DNA from: a virus
Length of the DNA stretch: 64,000 nt
Strand: one strand, 5' to 3'
IMG/VR virus record: IMGVR_UViG_3300048904_000337
Location: 1 to 64,000 of that record
Of this stretch, positions 59,468 through 64,000 are shown piece by piece. A program made the position numbers and the translations under genes. Each line of letters opens with the position of its first letter. Position 1 is the stretch's first letter. The notes under the pieces are model-generated. The model was given only the letters and a program-made list of their open reading frames with translations, had not been told where the DNA came from and ran no database searches.

Positions 59468-60424
59468 TTAACTGGCGCTAGGCGATGCTGTCCAAGTAGC
59501 ATACCATCCAGTATCACGAGAAGTTATATCATACTCAACGCCAGTTACAACCCATTGCTGATTGACTGTTGGGTTAAGAGTTGAAAATAAATTAACTGCT
59601 CCTGCAAGTCTGACATTTGTGTCTGCCAGTGTTGTAAATTTGACGCCCCACTGGGTAATACTTGGAATACCAATAAGCTGGCCGTCTGCAGAATTTGCGT
59701 TTACTTCTACAAGTTCACCTTGTAACGCACTACCCCATTCAGTTACAACAAGTGTATCATCATCAACAAAAACACAAATAGTATTTTTGTGCAAGTTAGC
59801 TAATAACCCAACAACGGCTGATAGGCTATATGCCTTCTGTATAATCAAAGCGCTTGTACGAGCAGATACTGCTGGCAGTGTTGCAGTTACTTCATACCGC
59901 AGTGGCATACTGACAAGATTAGCTGCCCACTCACATACTGCCCTAAAGGACGACAATTTTGGTAAAGCATGAACTACAAAGCCAGTACTCGATATATTCA
60001 TATCAATTAGGCTTGTGACGCAATTCAACGTTAAAGATATATCTGGAGGATTGCCCAAACTTGTTTCCAAAATGGCACCACGGAAAACAGTAATCAGTTT
60101 ATCTGGTGCACTTTGCCGCCCAATACGAATATCAACAGGCACAAAAGGTTGGCTGTAGTTACGTGACGCCCATTGTGTAAAGTAGCCAACAAGATAATTC
60201 CGGCGTTCAGCAGTCAAGTTATCAATAGTAATAGTGCAAGTATTTTGCACAGCCAATACAGTTTTCTGAGTACGGCAAGTTATGTAGAAGTCCTCATTAA
60301 ACTCTACTACATTGTCACCGTCGCCAATCCGCAGACTAAGCTTGCGGTTATCTACTTTATTGCGCGGAGCAGCTGTAGCTGGAGCTGCAGCTTTTACTGT
60401 GGTAGCTGGTAGTTCTATAGCCAT
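59468..60424 (-). CDS. tail/baseplate hub protein
   Basis: 318 aa immediately downstream of the tape measure gene. Assigned by position. Confidence 0.4.
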   Translation of the reverse strand: MAIELPATTVKAAAPATAAPRNKVDNRKLSLRIGDGDNVVEFNEDFYITCRTQKTVLAVQNTCTITIDNLTAERRNYLVGYFTQWASRNYSQPFVPVDIRIGRQSAPDKLITVFRGAILETSLGNPPDISLTLNCVTSLIDMNISSTGFVVHALPKLSSFRAVCEWAANLVSMPLRYEVTATLPAVSARTSALIIQKAYSLSAVVGLLANLHKNTICVFVDDDTLVVTEWGSALQGELVEVNANSADGQLIGIPSITQWGVKFTTLADTNVRLAGAVNLFSTLNPTVNQQWVVTGVEYDITSRDTGWYATWTASPSAS

Positions 60425-60428
60425 TTTA

Positions 60429-62417
60429 TTAACTCACTACAGGGCTGGCAAATTCCGCAACAGCGTAACGGAGTTCATTTTTGAGATGATCGCCAAAGTC
60501 TTTTGCAACTCCGCTAACATCAGTAGCATTGCTTGTAACTTCAATCTTATCAATCTTAATATCGCCAACACCACCCTTGCCGCCTACACCTGTGGGTTTA
60601 GACTTATTAATCGCGTCAGCTTGGTTGGACATAGCGCCAACAGCTGCTCGATCCATGCTCATAGTACGCTGAGAATTTGGGTTAATAGTTTTTTGCATTT
60701 GGCGAACACGAGCCTCGTATGCTCCACTTGTTTCACCGCGATATCCACCAGCAGAAACACCAGAACCTGCACCAACGTTTGCAGCCCACAGTGCCATTGC
60801 CTGCTCAAGCCCAGTATTTACTAACGCCAAGGTATTGTTTTCAATTTTCTTGGTATATTCGGTTTGGGCCTTTTGGACTTTACCTTGCTCGGTCTCTTGG
60901 TGTAGCTGATTACTCAAGATAGATTTAATATCATCAAGCGTTTTGACATTTGGGTCATTTTTGATAATTTCTGCTGTTTTTGCTTGTGCAGCTGCCAGCT
61001 TTTCAGCACTGACGTCCCTGCCCTCAAACTTGCCACCAGGGGCTAGTTGTGAAGCTGCTGTACCTACTTGGTTGGACATGTCAGTTTGGCGCGCCTTTTC
61101 TTCGGCATCAAACTTGGCTGCAGCTTCTTCTTCAGCCTGTTTACGGATTGCTGCCCGCTTCTCAGGCGTCATATAAATATTTTCTACCCGGGCAGTAGTC
61201 TCTGCAGCATCACCCGCTTTTTTAACGGCATCAGCCTTTTGCTCTTCAAGCGTGCGAGTTTCTGGGCCAAGGCCAACCATATGGAGCAGGCCTGTACCAG
61301 CTTCTACAATCTTGGTCATACCTTCAATCAAGAAGCTGACAAAAGAGCCCCAGGCATCATGCAGTCCGGAAGTTGCTTGAGTCCATTCGTCTACTGCTTT
61401 GCTAAACTCGATAGTTGCTGGTATAGTCTTAGACCGTACCCGCTCATCATTAGCCTTTTGGTGGTTAGTTAGCTTTTGCTCAGTAATAGCAAGTGTTTCT
61501 GAGGCAGTTTGCAGCGTTCGGCGCCGCTCTGACTCCTGGGCAATAGATAACCCCATATCATCGATCTGCGCCTGAGTAGTCGACACAACAGCCTTGACAT
61601 CAGCAAGTGATCGACCAAACAGCTGTACACCTTCAATAAGAGCGCGTTCGCCTTGGTCAGTTTCTTGTAGGGAGCGAAGATACTTATTCTGCTGCTCAAT
61701 TTGCTTTTCAAGGCTAGCGTTTACCTCAACACCAGCCTTTTTCCATAGGTTAGCCTGCTTAATCAACGGATTATTAAAAGCAGAGGCTGGATCACGGGCG
61801 GCTTGACGCTGGGCCGCACGAATCTCTTCACCCTTGCTGTTTACACCTTCAGCAGACTGTGCTACCGACTCATCGCTAAGCCCAATTGCACGGCCGCGGG
61901 ACTGTAGCCGAATAAGCTCACCCTGCGCGAGTCTTGCCGCATATGCGCGTTCGCCGAGCTCAATGGCTTCTTTAGCGCCCTCTCGAGCATCGTCAATTGC
62001 AGCATTAGCTGTTTTAATTGCACCAATTACTGCACCAATGCCTATAGCAGCAACTGCAGCAGCAGGACCAAGCCCGACTATAACTTCACCAAGGCCAGAA
62101 GCTGCACCGCGAATAGCTGTAAGCTTATCAGAAGAAGACGCAACTTCGGTTAGCGACTTACCAAAAGCCTTACCAGCTTTTTCAGTCTTACTAAAGCTTT
62201 CAGCTACATCTTTGTTTGACTTGGCTGCTTCTTTGGCATTTTCTTTAGACTTCTTGGCCTGTATATTTACAGCAGCATCATCCTTTTTACGCTTAGCCTG
62301 CTGCTTATCATGCTTTGCTTCTACCTTGTCTTCCAAGGCAGAAAGTTCTTTAATATTTTTTACAGCTTGGCCAGTATCTGCGCGGTAGCGAAGAAAAAAA
62401 GTATTAAGCAGTGACAT
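60429..62417 (-). CDS. tail tape measure protein
   Basis: 662 aa, Ala/Lys/Glu/Gln-rich and largely helical, with a hydrophobic Gly/Ala segment (GLGPAAAVAAIGIGAVIGAI). Lies between the chaperone and hub genes. Confidence 0.75.
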   Translation of the reverse strand: MSLLNTFFLRYRADTGQAVKNIKELSALEDKVEAKHDKQQAKRKKDDAAVNIQAKKSKENAKEAAKSNKDVAESFSKTEKAGKAFGKSLTEVASSSDKLTAIRGAASGLGEVIVGLGPAAAVAAIGIGAVIGAIKTANAAIDDAREGAKEAIELGERAYAARLAQGELIRLQSRGRAIGLSDESVAQSAEGVNSKGEEIRAAQRQAARDPASAFNNPLIKQANLWKKAGVEVNASLEKQIEQQNKYLRSLQETDQGERALIEGVQLFGRSLADVKAVVSTTQAQIDDMGLSIAQESERRRTLQTASETLAITEQKLTNHQKANDERVRSKTIPATIEFSKAVDEWTQATSGLHDAWGSFVSFLIEGMTKIVEAGTGLLHMVGLGPETRTLEEQKADAVKKAGDAAETTARVENIYMTPEKRAAIRKQAEEEAAAKFDAEEKARQTDMSNQVGTAASQLAPGGKFEGRDVSAEKLAAAQAKTAEIIKNDPNVKTLDDIKSILSNQLHQETEQGKVQKAQTEYTKKIENNTLALVNTGLEQAMALWAANVGAGSGVSAGGYRGETSGAYEARVRQMQKTINPNSQRTMSMDRAAVGAMSNQADAINKSKPTGVGGKGGVGDIKIDKIEVTSNATDVSGVAKDFGDHLKNELRYAVAEFASPVVS

Positions 62418-62769
62418 TTGCTACCGCCTCCTCAAAGAAATCAATTACACCTTCCCACAGCGCATCCGCTAGCGAGGGGCTATTTATCAGCTCTCTAGCC
62501 TGTGGGCAGTTATATTCCAGGAACTTAATCAAGAGTGCTTGTTGTGCGGCTTTCGGAACATGGTTATCAAGCATTGCCTCTGTCGAAAGAGGCACCCAAA
62601 TTTCATCTAAGATATGAACCTGGACATAACCAAAAAACTTAAGCCGATATTCTATCGGCTGGTCAAGTAGGCCAGTAATACCAAGTCCTTTAGTAAACAG
62701 CTCTCGGCCTACTATGGGCGGTAACTTCGGCAGTTTAAACTTTTTACCGCCGCCATCAATAATTTTCAT
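62404..62769 (-). CDS. tail assembly chaperone-like protein
   Basis: 121 aa between the tube paralog and the tape measure. Overlaps both neighbours. Confidence 0.45.
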   Translation of the reverse strand: MKIIDGGGKKFKLPKLPPIVGRELFTKGLGITGLLDQPIEYRLKFFGYVQVHILDEIWVPLSTEAMLDNHVPKAAQQALLIKFLEYNCPQARELINSPSLADALWEGVIDFFEEAVANVTA

Positions 62770-63263
62770 AATATTGCCCCACGAGCTGCGTTAACTACTG
62801 TATTAACAATACTTGCAGTAGACAAGGAATATTGGTCGCCAAATGCAAAGGTATAAATGTTGCCTGGCATACGGCCCTCTGCTGTAGCGGAAGACGACGC
62901 AACGCCGGAAATAATTCTGCCCTTTACAAAAGTTCGTATGCCGCCATTTGGAAAGCTAATTACAACGCTAATACTGTCATGTGCAAGTTTTGATGTAACA
63001 GCTGCACGGTTAGCGTTATAGAGCACAGCCAGAATTTGGTCTTCAGCAGAGTTAGCAATTACTGCAAAACTTACTGTAAGTGGCACAGCAGATGCATAGC
63101 TTACAATTCTGCCATTAAGGTCTAGTACTGCCGTACCTGTCTGCGCCTCATGAATTTGAATGCTATCAGCATCGTCCGCAAATTGGCTGATCTTAAAACC
63201 AACAGGCATGGTCTTGCTTGCAATCATGTAAGCGTAAAGGCCGCTTGTTCCTACATTGTTCAT
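62766..63263 (-). CDS. tail tube-like protein, copy 2
   Basis: 165 aa. Paralog of 1327..1788 (see that entry). Confidence 0.55.
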   Translation of the reverse strand: MNNVGTSGLYAYMIASKTMPVGFKISQFADDADSIQIHEAQTGTAVLDLNGRIVSYASAVPLTVSFAVIANSAEDQILAVLYNANRAAVTSKLAHDSISVVISFPNGGIRTFVKGRIISGVASSSATAEGRMPGNIYTFAFGDQYSLSTASIVNTVVNAARGAIL

Positions 63264-63264
63264 T

Positions 63265-63891
63265 TTATGCTCCAGGAACTGTCATTCGCGCCTTAACGCT
63301 AATCTCATCAGCGCCAGAAACTGTTTGCGGCCGTTGTAGACCTGCTTTTTGCCGATCGGCATAACGAGCAAGTTCGACATTAGACGGATCTGACATTTTA
63401 GAAGTGGCTGCAGTCTTTTGGATATACTCATGAAAGCCGAGCGTAATCTGCAGCGCATCATAAATGCCTGGGTCACGCTGAATAGGCAGGCTAGACAGCA
63501 GCATATCTGGGTACATGATATCGTCTACTTGCAGCATCACCAGCGTGTTACTGTAGTAGAGCTGTCCAAGCTCAGAATAAAACTGTGACAAAAGGCCGGA
63601 CTCAACAAGCAGTATTACGCTAGCCGTTCTCGGCTCAAATACAACGTTGTCCTGTAGTGACTTGTTAGTTTCCAGCGGGTGGCTTGCTACAGCTTTTGTC
63701 AGTTGGACTTCAATGTCCATAATACCGACGCCGTTGAAAATAGACGACACTGCGCGGTTTAGGTAAATGCCATGGCGTGGCGCTGTAGAAAAGAAATCTT
63801 CGATTGCGCCAGTTACACTATCGAATATTCCCTTTGCAGTTGCCGCCAGGCCCTTAGCAGCCGAAGTAATACCCGAAACAAACTCAAACAT
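63265..63891 (-). CDS. hypothetical tail-module protein
   Basis: 208-aa ORF. Its ATG overlaps the upstream stop (ATGTTTGA). Confidence 0.5.
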   Translation of the reverse strand: MFEFVSGITSAAKGLAATAKGIFDSVTGAIEDFFSTAPRHGIYLNRAVSSIFNGVGIMDIEVQLTKAVASHPLETNKSLQDNVVFEPRTASVILLVESGLLSQFYSELGQLYYSNTLVMLQVDDIMYPDMLLSSLPIQRDPGIYDALQITLGFHEYIQKTAATSKMSDPSNVELARYADRQKAGLQRPQTVSGADEISVKARMTVPGA

Positions 63892-64000
63892 TTTGGTTGT
63901 TCCCTGTTATAACAATGCCATACTCAGTCACGGTGCCGGTAACAAAACTGAGCTCGCCTTCTGTGGGTATACTCATTTTAATACCGGCAACAGATACAAC
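63884..64000 (-). CDS. hypothetical protein, C-terminal 38 codons only (ORF enters from beyond the right edge)
   Basis: The minus frame is open from the window edge to TGA 63884-63886 (...VSVAGIKMSIPTEGELSFVTGTVTEYGIVITGNNQNV). Confidence 0.35.
   Translation of the reverse strand, partial: VVSVAGIKMSIPTEGELSFVTGTVTEYGIVITGNNQNV

Noticed and set aside
62404-62769. Programmed -1 frameshift (G/GT-type) in the tail chaperone gene
   Set aside because: The chaperone ORF overlaps the tape measure start by 14 nt. That leaves no room for an extended frameshift product, and I recognised no slippery heptamer.
1-64000. Known uptake sequences (Neisseria GCCGTCTGAA, Pasteurellaceae AAGTGCGGT/ACAAGCGGT) or cyanobacterial HIP1 (GCGATCGC) as the repeated motif
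   Set aside because: I did not notice the DUS or USS words in my read-through. I noticed GCGATCGC once (near 36344). The enriched motif matches none of them.
1-64000. Temperate lifestyle markers, CRISPR arrays, rRNA, transposases
   Set aside because: I recognised no integrase, recombinase, CI/Cro-type switch, repeat-spacer array, rRNA or IS element on either strand. The window looks like a virulent phage, but absence is judged by eye only.

Overview
The window reads as most of a tailed dsDNA phage genome. I saw no rRNA, CRISPR array, integrase or repressor. All functions are assigned from motifs I recognise by eye plus gene order; no searches were run.

Layout:
- 1-13263 (-): virion module. 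It holds portal, MuF-like protein, an embedded holin-like/GH19 endolysin cassette, scaffold, decoration protein, major capsid, connectors, sheath-like protein, tube-like protein and spike.
- 13524-14568 (+): a two-gene island between portal and terminase.
- 14606-16338 (-): terminase.
- 16456-34945 (-): about 45 small early-type genes. These include a GHKL-ATPase-like protein, RtcB, an extended DHFR, a CsrA-like protein, and a displaced tail-fibre/BNR-propeller cassette.
- 34990-35930: a non-coding divergent control or ori-like region.
- 35933-55724 (+): replication, recombination and nucleotide module. It holds prim-pol/helicase, two HNH endonucleases, a Sak4-like ATPase, tRNA(CAT), an SSB-like protein, dCMP deaminase, PD-(D/E)XK nuclease, a split SF2 helicase, two MazG-like genes, a ThyA-family enzyme, a clamp-like protein, family A polymerase, ligase and VRR-NUC.
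- 55952-64000 (-): tail module with fibre, baseplate, tape measure, chaperone and a second tube paralog.

Minus-strand ORFs are truncated at both window edges. This fits a wrapped or permuted representation of one late operon.

Most notable observations:
1. The octamer ACCCACAG is massively over-represented on both strands.
2. The SF2 helicase is interrupted inside its Walker A box by a 53-nt double-hairpin spacer that closes all three frames.
3. The ThyA-family enzyme carries Asp at the Asn177-equivalent position, the dCMP-specific signature. It sits beside MazG-like, dCMP deaminase and DHFR genes, which suggests modified cytosine.
4. There are several structured non-coding elements and self-contained opposite-strand gene islands.
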